A stretch of 64,000 nt of DNA from the human T2T-CHM13v2.0 reference genome, Homo sapiens. Both the position numbers and the translations under genes were made by a program. Location of the stretch: NCBI RefSeq assembly GCF_009914755.1, contig NC_060939.1; one strand, written 5' to 3'. Below are positions 1-20,424 of the stretch, piece after piece; the stretch's first letter is position 1, and every line of letters begins with the position of its first letter. A model generated the notes under the pieces. It saw only the letters and a list, made by a program, of their open reading frames with translations, did not search any database and was not told the origin of the DNA.

Positions 1-427
1 TCTAATGAGCTGTCACTCAGAACTCTGCCTCAGAAGCCAGGCAATGCCTGGAAGAAGTGGGAGGGGACAGTAGGTGTGGCAGGATCTACAGCTGGGCCTC
101 AGCCTTGCTGGGCAAGTGGGGAGTCTGGGCCGCCCTATACTCTGGCCCCAAATTCCACTCTCAAGGACCAATTTAGCCTCTGAGTCACCTGCTCTCCCTA
201 GGGCAGAGCCCAACTGTGGGCAAGGTCTCTGGATCCGTCATGACCCTCAGGCCAGAGACGCCACTTGGCATTGCTCACCTTCTCTCTTCACAGCACTGTC
301 CACTGGAATGGCTTGAGATGGAGCCCCAAACCCCTGGGTTCCCGCAGCCTGTGCTGGGTCCTGTAGATCTCACAACTGGAATCCTTTCTTTGGACTATCC
401 AGAAGGCCTTCTTAAGATGTGGCTGTA

Positions 428-570
428 GGCTGGGCATCATGGGACATGCCTGTAATCCTAGCACTTTGAGAGGCTGAGGCAGGAGGATCATTTGAGCCCA
501 GGAGTTTGAGACCAACCTAGGCAACACAGTGAGACCTCATCTCTATCAAAAAAGGTTAAAAAAAAAAAAA
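428..570 (+). mobile_element. Alu monomer (FLAM-like)
   Basis: Left-arm Alu sequence followed by A tail. Confidence 0.8.
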
Positions 571-829
571 GATGAAGCTGTTGCTAGAAAACCGCTTTGG
601 AGAAAGAGGCTGTGGCCTCCCCTAGGAGGAGCTCCAGCTTCTCTGGTGTACCATGTAGCCGCAAGGGATTTCTTCCTGTGACCAAAGACATGGACCAAAA
701 CCTGCCCCTGTAACTTCCCTCCATTTCCCTCTCTCATGGGAGGGGCTTCACACAGTACATATTTGGTGGCCATCATGGGACAAACCGCAGTGTATCTCAT
801 CAGTGATTAAGCAAAATCATTCATGGGGC

Positions 830-1030
830 ATGCACTGGGGAAAGGCCACATGAGGACACGGTCAGAAGGCGGCCATCCACAAGCCACGGAGTGAGGCCTC
901 AGGAGAAACCAAACCTGCTGACCCCCTGACCTTGTTCCAGCCTCCAGAACTGGGAGAAAATTAATTTCCATTGTTTAAGCCACCTACTCTGTGCTATTTT
1001 GTAATGGCAGCCCTAGCAAACTAATAACAC
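830..1030 (+). mobile_element. MaLR (MLT1-like) LTR 3' fragment
   Basis: ccagcctccagaac...ttgtttaagccacc...tggcagccctagcaaactaata terminus. Confidence 0.7.
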
Positions 1031-1279
1031 CTTTGTTTTGTGGATGATAGTAATAGAATTTAACGGTTGGATTTGTTGTGAGGTTTGAATGGGTTAACCA
1101 ATGTATGAACATAGTGCAGTTCCTGACACAGAGTAAGCACTCAGTGAAAGTTAGCTATTACGATGTAAAACCAGACTAATGGCATTTATCACATCCATTC
1201 ACTTTCTCATACAAGAAAAAGTAATGAATAAGCCTAGCTGAGTTCTCTTCCTGAACTGCAGACTCATATATACAACTTA

Positions 1280-3916
<2,637 letters not shown>

Positions 3917-3932
3917 AAGAGTACTTCCCACT

Positions 3933-4590
<658 letters not shown>

Positions 4591-6082
4591 TTGACTCTCC
4601 TCAGTCTTTCCATCTGAGTAAGAAAACTCCATCCTTCTGCTTGTTCAGACCACAACTTTAGAGTCATCCTCTTCTTTCCCTATACTTTACATATCATCTG
4701 TCAATAAACGCTGCTGTCTCTGCCTTCAAAATGTACTCAGACTCACCACTCCACCATGGCCACACCAATCTAAGCTACCACCATCCCTTCCCTGGTTTGT
4801 TGCAATAACTGATCCCTCTATTGCTTCCCTTGCCTCTTACAGACTATTTTCATCCCGGCAGCCACAGTGCTCCTGTTAAAACCCATACAAGACCCTGTCA
4901 TTCTTCTGCTCAAAAGCCATCACTTCCCATCTTATGCAAAGTAAAAGCCAATCTTTCCAGTGGCCTGTGAGATTGAGCATGAACTGACTCCTGGTCACCT
5001 CTCCAGCTTCATCTCTTCTTCCTGTTTTCACTCATTCTGCTCCAGACACATTGACCTCCTTACTGCTCCTCTAACATCTGGGAGAGCTCCGCTTCTGGTT
5101 AGGATGTAGAAATATATGAAAAGCCTTTGCTACAATGCTATCAACAAGAAAAACCTAGACAAAAATAAAAATCGTGCTTTTCTACTGAGCAGTGCAGGCA
5201 TGGCCTTGATGAGTTGAATTCCACGAAGAAACAAGCCCTTTATAGATGAGCAGAAGGTCAGCACAGCTTTCACACCTGAGGATGTGCCTGGTCTGGCTAC
5301 AGGTGGATGGAGAAACATGCCATAGGCAGGGGTTTTGTAAGGATAAGAAGAAATCAGCGAGCTGCGGCATGGGCTGGCAAGACAGATGACAATCTGGAAG
5401 AGGCCCAATATAAAAGCAGGTCATTTAGGCCGATAATTCTCTGTTCTCCACCCACCCCCATTCCTGAACTTTGCCACAACTGTGGCACTGGAGAAGGGGC
5501 TGGAAAGCAGAGAGTAATGACACGGTCCTGCTTAGATTCTGGGGCCCTGCTGGAGTAGAGTCCAAAGTTGAATCAAAATGATCTGAATCTGTACGCTACC
5601 CCCACCCAGCTCAATTACTGACAACTTGAAAAGGAGGCAGAAGCTTGGGATTGGGCTACTTACAGGTGAACACAATCTAATTAAAGCTGCAGTGCAGCCT
5701 TACCTCAATTCCACTGTCCGAGGAGTCCCAGTGATCAGCTTCAACCTAACCACCAGACAGGGGAAAGGAACTGCAATTTCTGAGAAGTAAACAAAAAGAT
5801 ATATTTTCATTTCTACTGTTCTTTTATACAAAATTTCTGGAATACAGTTTTGAGAAACAGGAGAGTAAGGAAAAGAAGCATGTGATCCATAATCAAGAGA
5901 AAATAGAGAAGCAGATCCACACATGATCCAGTTATTGGAGTTAGCAGACAAAAGCTTTAAAACGATTAATATGAATATGTTAAAGTTCACAGGAAAAGAT
6001 AGCTATGATGGTTGAAGAGAGGGTTATTTTAGTAAAGAAATGTAAACTCTAAAAAAGAACCAAATGGAAATTCTACAACTAA

Positions 6083-6102
6083 ATATATATATATATATGA
6101 AC

Positions 6103-6146
<44 letters not shown>
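6083..6146. repeat. (TA)n microsatellite, interrupted
   Basis: Direct reading. Confidence 0.95.
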
Positions 6147-6151
<5 letters not shown>

Positions 6152-6394
6152 CATTGGATGAGCTTAATAGCAAATTGGACACCACAGAAAAAGCATCAAT
6201 GAACTTAAAGACAAGCCAATCAAAAGTATCCAAACTGATAAAAAGAGAGAAAAAAATTAATGACCACAGTACAGTGACCTGTGGGATAACAGCAGCTGTC
6301 CTAAGATTTGTGTAATTGCAGTCTCAGAAAGAGAACAAATAGCACCAATTGTTTTTCTACAGGAAGAAATAATAGTGAAAAATTTAAAATGTAA

Positions 6395-6737
<343 letters not shown>

Positions 6738-7198
6738 TAAAAGGTCGTCAAACCCCAAGTGGGGTAAATACAAAGAAAAACACATCTAGACACATCACAG
6801 TCAAGTTGTTGAACCAAAGATAAAATGAAAATCTTAAAAGCAGCCAGAGAAAAAAGGAACATTACAATGATAAAAATGATGCCTAACTTCTCTTTAAAAA
6901 CAATGCAAACCAGAAGACAATAAAATGACATACATGAAAAGAAAACCAGAAAATATAGAATTCTCTGTCCAAGAAAAATAGCTTTCACAAATGAAACAGA
7001 AATAAAGATATGTTTAGATAAACAACAGCTAAGGGAAATAATTTTCAACAGACATGTACTTCAAGAAATACTAAAAAAGCTGGGTGCAATTGTAGTCCCA
7101 GCTACTGGGAAGGCTGTGGCAGGAGGATCACTTGAGCCTAGAAGTTCAAGATCAACTTGGGCAACGTAGGGAGACTCCATCACAAGAAACAAGCAAGC

Positions 7199-7202
7199 AA
7201 AA

Positions 7203-7234
<32 letters not shown>

Positions 7235-7295
7235 AAAGAAAGAAGAAAGGAAGGAAGGAAGGAAAGAAAGAAAGAAAGAAAAAAGAAAGAAAGAA

Positions 7296-7363
<68 letters not shown>

Positions 7364-7382
7364 AAAAGAGAAAAGAAAGAAA
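7199..7382 (+). repeat. Compound polypurine (GAAA)n/(GGAA)n/(GA)n tract from an Alu tail
   Basis: ~180 bp of A/G only. Confidence 0.95.
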
Positions 7383-7700
7383 TACTAAAGGGAGTTCTTC
7401 AGGCTAGTGAGAAAAGATAGCATGATAGCAGTTGGAGGCTCAGATCTACCAGAAGGAATGAAGAGCATTGCAAATGGTAAGTATGTGGGTAAATATAGAA
7501 GACTATTTTAATTTATTTTGAATGACAATTGGCTTTTAAAAACACAAATAACAACCATATATTATGGGACTTATTACATGCACACAAGTAGAATAGATAA
7601 TAGTCAAAGGATGGAAGGGGCAAATGGAAGTAAAATGGAATTTTCTTAAATTATTTGTGAAGTGGTATAATGTAGACCCAAAATAAACTCTAACAAGTTA

Positions 7701-8532
<832 letters not shown>

Positions 8533-9299
8533 CTAGTACAGTGCTGCTCAAACCCTAATGAATTGCCCGGAGATCTTGTTACACAGAAAACTACATTTTG
8601 ATTATCAAGGCTATTTGACTATCATGGTAGGGGAATCAGAGATGACCAAGACAAGGTCCCTGTCTTCCTTTGGCTTAAAATCCATACAAAACAGCATGGG
8701 GGAGAAGGTGAGCAGTGCCCAAAGGGTGGTGGAAAGACAACAGAGGAAGAATTTCACCGGTTTCAATAAAAAATGCATGATTTTGGTAGACACTTGACAG
8801 ATTTAGTGAGTAAGGCCATTTGGTAAGAGAGAGAGTTGGGCTACACCAAAACTCAGAGAAGTGTAGATGAAGCCAGTGTCCATGCAACCCAGAAGAATAC
8901 GCTACTGGGATCCTTTCTTTTTTTCGCTTTATTCTGATGGCAATTGCTGAAGGGGAAGAGACATGGCCCAGTCTTGGCATGGGCAATGTGGGTGTTTTAC
9001 TGTAGGCAAAGAAGGCCCAGGATTGGCTGTGGGGCACCTCGGAGAAATAGGCCCTGAGTACCGGTTCAGGTGTGGACTCTTCTTACAAAGGGCAATGCAG
9101 AGAGGGCCGAGCAGCAAGCAAGAGCATGACTCATTATGACTTGTCTTGAATTCTTGTCATTTCTAAGTAGAGGGCTCTGCCTGCTTCTTTTCAATCAGGT
9201 CTGCTTTGATGGGTATAGATTTGGGTACAATCTTAAATCTAAAAACCTCCCTGATGCAGGGCTAAGTCAGGCCCCTCACTCAGTATCTGCACAGAGCAG

Positions 9300-9768
9300 T
9301 GTATTCATCAGGGTTCTTTTAGAGGGACAGAACTAATAAGGAGAGAGATATATATGTGTGTGTTATATATGTATACACATATAGAGAGAGGGGAGTTTAT
9401 TAAGTATTAACTTCCATAATCACAAGGTCCCACAATGGGCTGTCTACCAGCTGAGGAGCAAGGAGAGCCAGTCCAAGTCCCAAAAATGAAGAACTTAGAG
9501 TCTGATGTTCGAGGGCCATAAGCATCCAGCACGGGCAAAAGATGGAGGCTGGGAGGCTGGGCCCATCTCGCTGCTTCACTTTTTTCTGCCTGCTTTATAT
9601 TCACCGGCAGCCGATTAGATGGTGCCCACCCAATTAAGGGTGGCTCTGCCTTCCCCAGCCCACTGACTCAAATGTTAATCTCCTTTGGCAACACCCTCAC
9701 AGACACATCCAGGATCAATATTGCATCCTTCAATCCAGCCAAGTTGACACTCGGTGTTAACCATCACG
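9300..9768. mobile_element. ERVL MLT2A-like solo LTR
   Basis: tgtattcatcagggttct..agagggacagaactaata, internal (TA/GA) patch, caagttgacact..aaccatcac end. Confidence 0.8.
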
Positions 9769-11058
9769 GGCCGGATCAGAGAATCATGGGATTTTAGAGT
9801 TCGTAGGCCCTTCTTGTGGCCCAACACTTTCTCTTTATGGTAAGGAAACACCCCAAACTCAAACTCTGGCATCGTGCTCCCCTTACTCTGGAGCTTAGAC
9901 CCCTAGTATAGACTGCTCCCCAGTCCCTGTAGAAACCCGCCTCGAAGCCCTCAGCAAGGCAGCAGGGATAAAGAGAAAAGGGGTACAGCTTCTGCCTGGG
10001 GTGGAGGGTCAGGGGTGAGGAAGGCTGGTTGATCAGCTTTCAGGCCATTCTCAGAGGCCAGTAGGCAGGGCTGTGTGCCTGGAGATCCAGTCCCCAAGGA
10101 GCAGAACCAGAAGGAAGGCCGGGGCACTTGGCTGCTGAGAATGGTGGAAATTAACCTGGAGTGTGACCCCATCCCTAGAGTGATGGAAGGCCAGCAAGAG
10201 TGGGGTCCGATGGATACCGCCCCCCAAAACTTAGACAGGCCATGTGTCTGGATTTGCTTAGGACGGTCCCATTACATAATATATAACTTTTATCTGAGCA
10301 TAACTATTAGAGGTTCCCCTTTCACTACCCAAACTATCCTGTTTCAGACAATATTTCTATGGTCACCCCAGTGTAACTCCAAGACTTTGACCACCAAGGC
10401 TAAGAGGTGGGGTTGCTGAGCCCCTGTCCTGGCCCTGTGGGGCCTTCCTTCTTTGCCGCTCCTCTGCTCCGAATCATTCTAGATATACCTCCAGGATCAA
10501 GTACAGGTAGGAATCGGGTTCCTGTGGGGAGATCACTCTTCTTAGAAGCCCTAGAAGCTCAGCCTGGCCCCAGGGCAGCTCCAGAAGGGTAGGGAAGGGA
10601 ACTGGAGGCACTCTGGGGCTGACTCAACATCTGAGATGGCTGCAGATGCCCCTTGACTGCACCCAAGCTCCAGCCAGGCCTGTTCTAAAGCTGACTGAAA
10701 GCCCCTTGCTGGGAAGGAGCAGGGCTTGGGACAGGGCACCCACTTCCAGAATATTTGCACCATGAAGTTACACTTTCCCCTCATGGGATGCGGCTGAGGA
10801 GGCAGCAAGGACTGTATAGTGCTGAATCTGAACTCGGGAAGGCCAGGACACTACCCCAAGGCAAAGTAAATTAACTAATTTTAATTAAAACTACAATAAC
10901 ACTGTTCATTGACTACTTCTATGGTTGCACGCTGCCTTTCTTTACCTGCGGGCTAGCTCTACCATACTTCAGTTACAGGTATCTGACGAGGTTATATCCC
11001 AGGGAATTACATACCAGACTTGCCTTCCCATGGGATCTCAATCTGGGCCTTTGCCTCT

Positions 11059-11449
11059 TGCCATGGTTTGAATGTCCCCTCCAAAACTCATGTTGATATT
11101 TAATTGCCCTTGTGATGGTGTTAAAATGTGGGACCTTTAAGTGGTGATTAGATCATGAGGGCTTTGGTCTCATTCATAGATTAATACCTTCGGAAGTGGG
11201 TTCGTCATCATGGGAGTGGTTTCCTGGTGAAATGATAGGTTCAGCCCCATCTCCTCTGTCTCAGGTTCTCATTTCCACCTTCTACCATGGGATGATACAG
11301 CATGAAAGACCTAACCAGATGCCAAGACCCAACCAAGAGCCCTATGCTCTTGGACTTCCCAGGCTCTAGAACCACAAAGCAGATAAACTTCTTTATAAGT
11401 TACCCAGTTTGTGGTATTCTGTTATAGTAGCAGCAAACAGACTAAGACA
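11059..11449 (+). mobile_element. MaLR (MST-like) solo LTR with 5-bp TSD CCTCT
   Basis: TG...CA termini; CCTCT at 11054-11058 and 11450-11454. Confidence 0.85.
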
Positions 11450-13766
11450 CCTCTGAATGAGCCACATTTTCCTCCTTTCATGTATGCTAATTGGGGCCTC
11501 AACTTCCCTGTCTCTCTTCACCATCACACACTGCTCTCCAAGGTGGGAGGCTAACTTTATTCCACACCTGAAATGTTCCTATGTTCCAAGTTTCCAGAGG
11601 GTCCCTAGGCCTCCGGGAGGGCTCTTACTGCAGCAGGTGTGACAATGCCCAAGTCAAGATGGTGGGTGAGGACCGGGGCTGGTGCCTCTGCTTAGCTGAA
11701 GAGTCCTCCACTGAGCTTTTGGCTGGTCGTGGCAGATAGTTGAGAAGAAGGCCAAATTGCAACTGACAGTTGAGCACCCTTGAGAACTGCGCTCCTAAGG
11801 ACTTTGTAGAGCAGAACCACCATGCCAGGCAAGGCCTGCCTACCTGCAGACATTCACTTAAGAGAGAGTTGGCCTTTGTTTTATTGAAGCCATGGTTATT
11901 TTGTCTGTCTGTCTACCACAGCCAAACCTAATCCTAACTGATATCGCTATGTTAAGATTTACTGTTTACACTCCAATTATTTCCAAAAAGAATGAGACAA
12001 TTTACAGCAAATGAAAAAGAAATGACAGAATCATTCAAACAAGCATAAATGAATAAGAGGCACATAATAAAAATGGGGTGACAGTTATTCCAGAAAATGT
12101 GAATTGGGGGTCATTATTATAGCCATGTGCAATTTTTCACATCTAACTTCCTAGCAGTCAAGTGAAATAAGGAACACCGGATGACTTACAGACTCCTTAT
12201 TATCCGTGCGGGTGGTGAAGGAACAAGATTCTAGTCCTGGGGCCATCTTACAAAGCAAACCCATTGTTATCAATAGCATCACCCCACAGCAAGGATGTGA
12301 GTTAGAAACATGCACTGGTTGGTGTGCTGTGTCTTCCCCACTTGCCCCACCTGATTTACCCTCCGCTCTTCTCTCAACAGTGTCCTGGAAGCACTGTGCC
12401 CATCATTTCTTTTCTCCTCTGACTTCCAGTTGGTTTGGCCAGTGGGGGTCCCTGGCAGGACATCAGAAGGCGGGAGGGGAGACTGGTCATTAACGCTCCC
12501 GTGGTGCCATGCTTGCCAGTGGCTGCCTTCCTGACACAGCTTTTGTCAGGCTCTCTCATTGCTGTAGTCTCTCAATGGGCTCCAGGAGCAAATCTTAATT
12601 CTCTTCCCATCAGAACTAGGGGTAGCAGCTTCCCCTTGTTGCCAGTTTCTAAGTTCTTCACTATCCATGTTTGTTCCCTTTAATCCCATCCCTTCCATAG
12701 TAAATTTTCCCTTCATTTATTTATTTCACGGACAGTGAATCATTGGTTTCCTGCTAGGACCCTGATGATACAGATGGTGTCTCCGTTAGAAATGAATCTG
12801 GCTTCCATAACAGCGAGCCTTACAAACAGTGGCTTAAGCAAATAGGTCTTTTTATCCACATTATGAGAAGTCTGGGGGTGGTAGTTCCAGGATGGTGCAA
12901 AAGCTCCATGATGCTGTCATAAAGCCAGGCTCTCCCTTTCCACTCTCCTTTCCCTTAACCTGTTGGCTTTTGTCTTTCTGCCTTCACCTCATGGCCACAA
13001 GATGCTGCCCAGCTCTAGACATTCCACCTATCTTCAAAGTAGGAAGAAGGGCAAAAGGGCCATGCCAACCATGTCTCTTCTGCCCCAGTCTTCTCCAGAC
13101 TTCCATTTGGGTCATACCTGGATCACAGGACTACTCCTGGATGCAAGGGAGGCCGAGAAATCGGGGAACACATTTGTCATGACTGAGTTGGGCAAATCAT
13201 GACTCATTGCTCGGGGCACTCCTGGCACATTGCCATCCCAACCACTCACTCTGTTAACAAAGGAGAGCAGGGAGAATTGGTTTTGGGCAGGCCATGAATA
13301 CTAACAGCTGCAGTGAAGCTTCCGAAGGCTGGGGAGGCAGCCTGTGTACAATGTGACAGTGAACAGAAACTGAGACAAGCTGGTGGAGAGCCGTGTCTGT
13401 ACCCAGAGATAGGTTTTAGGGATACACTGTCCCTAAAACTACCTCATGCCCAGTTCCCCACTTTAGTGAGAATGATCAAGACCACAAGGTGTAGAGACAA
13501 ACCCTAGACACAGTCAGAAGACTCCTCTGGAAATCTTCCACAGCCACCTTAGCATTTCTCTCTCCCTCCTCCACGTGCCCCGGCTTCATATGATACTCCT
13601 GCTAAGTCTCTGACCCCACTGTGTTGCAATTATCTTTCCACACAAGGCTGTCCTCACCCACTAGACCAGGGGCTACTTGGGGACAGAAATTCTGTCTTGT
13701 TTGTATTTGTGATCCCTTGCCCAGTTAGTGCCTGACATAAAATAACAATAACAAATGCTCAATAAG

Positions 13767-14088
<322 letters not shown>

Positions 14089-15302
14089 TCAATAAAGATT
14101 TGTTGACTGAGCAACTGATTGACTAAATAAAGGAATAGGAGTTGGGTTGTGCTCTCTATCCTAATACACTGGGTGACCTTGGGCAAATAACTTTTCTGAA
14201 CCTGGGTACTTCATCTGTCAATTGGGAGAGTTGCACTAGAACATCTCCAAGACCCCTTCTCGCTCTGACATTTGGTGATTTTTAACTCCCACCGTGAACC
14301 ACAGAACTCCCATTTCTGGAGTTATTTATTTGGTTTGAGGCATTAGCTATCCAGATATTCTCTGTTAAATTGTATATGCACCATATGAGGACGTTATTCA
14401 AATAAGAATTCCATCAGCATCACTGAGGAAAAATCTCTGGTGTTATGATTAGCAGGTCTTAGAGTGAATTTTCTTGAGGGAGTGAAGCGTAGAGAGAGAA
14501 GCTTTAATGTGGATAGGAAAGTCTGAAGTGAGATATACCGTCCAGTTACTCTGGGACTCGTTGAGATCCTGCAACAGGAGACAGGGAGCCTGAGTAACTG
14601 GAATGTAGGTGACATAAGGACAGTGGGGAGTTATGGGGGCACAGAAAGGTGCCAAAGAAAGTGCCATTCGTTTGTTCATGTCTGTCTAGCAGAATAGCTG
14701 AACATGAACGAGCCAGGCTGTGTGTTGCAGAGGGGCATTGGGGCAGGGGTGGAGCAAAAAATCATGCTTTGCTCCAATCAGGGTGGCCAGAGGACCTGAT
14801 GGGAGACTCCTCTGGCCAGGTTGTCAGTGTGTGGCCTGCGGCCATCTGTCTTCCACAGTGATACCCCACGGGACAGACCTTAGGGTCCCTGCATGGCTGA
14901 AATGGAACAAAAGAGGGAAGAGCCTGTCACTTTTTCATTTAGCCTGTACCTTCCAGACCCTTCCTCCGCCACGGCATGCAGGGGAGAAAGTCACACACAA
15001 GGCGAGTGGCATTCTTCCCAAGGTGCATACTTTTGCCTTTTTGCATAACCTGTCATGTGCGCTCCCCCTCATAGATATTTTTGCCATGAGTAGAATGGTA
15101 TTAATTTATTACTAGTCATCATCATGAGTAATTCACTTTTTTGTACACCTCAGGTACATTGGATGAACCACAGTCTTTGGTCTATAATCCTCTCTTTTTA
15201 CTGATCCAGGCCTGGCCCATCTTTGTGCTTATTTGTGTTTAATTATTTATTTATTTCAAAATAATATAAGAAACACAAACTACCACCCAGGGCTAGAACT
15301 AA

Positions 15303-16985
<1,683 letters not shown>

Positions 16986-17249
16986 TATTGATCTCTTAAA
17001 CTGTGTGAGCTATGAGACCGTGAGCCTGTGTGAGGCTTGTGAAGGATCACACCTACTACCACAGTTTATTCACCAGGACCTGAGCCAGTGCTTCTAAGTC
17101 CTAACTGGCTGAATTTGCTTATGCCTAGAGGGACCAGAACCTCAGTCAATGACACATGTTCACAGCCTTGTGGCTGGAGTCCCCAACTTGCAGTGAAGTA
17201 AGATTGTCCACAAATGTATTTCACATTGTTTTGAAATTTCACCTAAGCT

Positions 17250-17880
17250 AGGGTGTCTCAATTTCGGCATTACTGACACATTGGGCTGGGGAATTCTTTG
17301 TTGTGAGGGGCTGCCCTGACCCTTGTAGAATGTTTAACAGAATAACTGGCCTCTGCCCAGTAGATGCCAGTAGCACTCCCAGTTCAACCAATTCTGCAGA
17401 TAAAGTTTCCCCAAAAGACAATGCCCCTCCATAAAAGAAAATACAAGCACATTTGTATTGTGGGGCCTAGCTACATAACCTGTGGGCCTCAAACTAGCAG
17501 CCTGAAGGATGCCTGGAAGGTCATTAGAAACGGAGAATCTCAGGCCCCACTCAGACCTAGAAATCAGGATCTGCCTTTCAGCAAGATCCCCGGGTGATTC
17601 ATCTACACAATCAAGTTTGAGAATCACATTCATGGAGTTTATACAAACCGCACATCTGTGTGTGACTAGAGTGGGCCCAACTGTGTTTCTCAAGGGTGGG
17701 AGGGGGATTACTGCCATTTTGGGTGGGACAATGCATTGTTGTGTGGGATTGTCCCATGCTTTGTGGGACAGACTATCCCATCCCCATTAAATGTTCACAA
17801 TGCTCCCCAGTGCCCAAGACAAGTAGACATTCCCTCTAAGACTCTTGGTGGAGTAGAGCTGCCCTGAGGTGTGAACTCTG
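17250..17880. mobile_element. Old hAT DNA transposon fragments (MER20-like and MER5A-like)
   Basis: ggaattctttgttgtgagggg; gaatctcaggccccactcagaccta..gcaagatccccgggtgattc..caagtttgagaatcac. Confidence 0.65.
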
Positions 17881-19460
17881 GAAGAGGAGAGTCCCTCCAC
17901 TCTTAAGACCTTGGATGAATGCAATTTGCCTGACAATAGGACTGCCTGTCTACAGATGGGTCTGGGAGGAAAGGAAAGATGCAGAAGTTAAAACATCACA
18001 GTGCTCTTCATCACGGCTTCAAGGGGTTAGGGGCTTGCTAGGAAGTGCCAGGTTGATAAGTACTGGCCAAAGGGGAGCCAGGGCCATGAGCCTGGCATAT
18101 CCCAGGCAATGTCCAAGCTAGGAGCATTGAGGAGTGGAACAGAGGAGATATAGGAGCCCTCCGGGAGAAGCAGGAATTACAAAGTGCTGCCCAACCAGTC
18201 AGACCAGCTGGGCCGGTTCCCCCTGAGTCCTGGCAGCCTTAACGGGCTCATTAGAATAAAGCCAATGATTGAAAACAGTTTGGCATCCCAGAGCCTGTCT
18301 GGGGAGAGGAAGGAAATGCATACAGGTGGGTGAGGTGCCCATTCTGTGCCCCACCCCCTTCTCACCTGCAGGCCCTTCCCAGAAGTGGGAGGAATAGGTG
18401 GTTCCACAGCTGGGAAACTTGAGAGCTCAGTGGGATAAGCCCCTGCTTTGACAATGCAGCTGGATGCCCGCCCTGGGCTCAAAACTGAAGGGGCTGGGTT
18501 TGCTCCCCACCTGCTGCTTGTCAGGCACAGTGAGTCAGGGTCTCATTTCAGGTCCTCACAACTCTCCTAGGCTCCTGCCATTGCAACCACCTGCACTTCC
18601 CCAGATGCCGAATGCACTCTCACTCTCCTGCCTCCTAGTCCTTCCTGTGCTATTCTCTCCACCTGGAAAGCCCCTTCTCTCTTTTTAGTAACTCCTACTC
18701 ATTTTTAAAGACCCCTCTTGGCAGCAATCCCAACCTCCCTTTCTCTTGTTCTCTCAGCCCCCATGCTTGGGTGTGGGAGGGCCCCCATCCTCTTTCAAGT
18801 TCCCCTAACTCCAGGCTCCTGCTGGGGCTATAGCTCATAAGCTGTTATATCATAGATTGTTTTGTTTTTCTTGAGCATAAGACTGGTGCTTTTTTCATAT
18901 TTATATCTCTGGTGCCTGGCACAGCACCCGACACAAAATATTCAAGAAATGTTTGTCAAATGAATGGTGGACATCCTAGAGTGCTTGGTCCAACAAGGTC
19001 ATGTGCTAGCTATTCTCTTTTGTTCATTACTGTCAATCAGTCAGTTAACCAGTATTGATTGAGTACCTGCCTCGGGCCAGGTCCTAGGGATGAAGAGTTA
19101 GAACCCATATTCTCATAGCTTTTCTACACCAGTGAAGAAAACAAGGCTAACTGGAGCCTTTGACTGCTAGAAAGAGGTCAACTGGTCCAATATCTTTGTT
19201 TACCACTGAGGAGGAAGGCGCAGCCTGTGGGTAGACGGATGGGCCTCTCTCATGCTCGTCTGTGTAGTGGGGTCTTCCTCATGTCAGCTGCCATAGGTAA
19301 CTCATATTCATTGTTGGGAGTCTGTTCCAGGCACACATCCCACAGCTGGCAGTAGTCAGCCTCTCAAATGCCACATCTTCCTCATTGACAACAAAGGGAA
19401 CCAGAGCTAGCAAGAAAAAAAAAAGCCTTTTCTCTTGGAATGCCCACTGCCTTCTATAGC

Positions 19461-19858
19461 TGTGTTAGGCCATTTTTGCATTGCTCTCAAGAAATACCTG
19501 AGGCTGGGTAATTTATAAAGAAAAGAGGTTTAATTAGCTAGAGATTCTGCAGGCTGCACAGGAAGCATGGCGCCAGCATCTGCTTGGCTTCTGGTGACGG
19601 AGGCCACAAGGAGCTTTTACTTCTGGTGGAAGATGAAGAAGGAGCAAGAGAGAGAAAGGGGCGTACCACATACTTTTAACGACCAGATCTCAGGTGAACT
19701 CAGAATGAGAACTCACCATTCACCAAGGGGATGGTACTAAGACATTCATAAGGGATCTGCCCCAGGATCCAAACACCTTCCTTCAGGCCCCATCTCCAAC
19801 AATGGAGAAGCCTCTTTCTATGCGAGATTTGGAGAGGACAAACATCCAAACCATGTCA
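19461..19858 (-). mobile_element. MaLR MSTA/B-like solo LTR with 5-bp TSD ATAGC
   Basis: TG..CA termini; ggtaatttataaagaaaagaggtttaatt motif; ATAGC at 19456-19460 and 19859-19863. Confidence 0.88.
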
Positions 19859-20103
19859 ATAGCTCCTTACAAAGGGTTTGGACGGAAAACTAGAAATAGG
19901 CTCAGATAGATCCAGAGAGGTTTGCAGCCCTCCATGCCATCTTTGGCTGTTAGGAGATGATGTTTCTAACTCTGCTTGTCTGGATTCTGTTCTCCCTGCT
20001 TTAGCTTGGGAGCCCGTGTTGGAAGAAAGGCACTGAAATGCCTCAGAGCAACAAGTGTCAAAGACCTACATGGAGAGCGGAAGCTTGTGGTTGTCTTGGC
20101 TCA

Positions 20104-20424
<321 letters not shown>

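Noticed and set aside
7132-7420. Lys/Glu/Arg-rich ORFs
   Set aside because: Translation of a (GAAA)n microsatellite.
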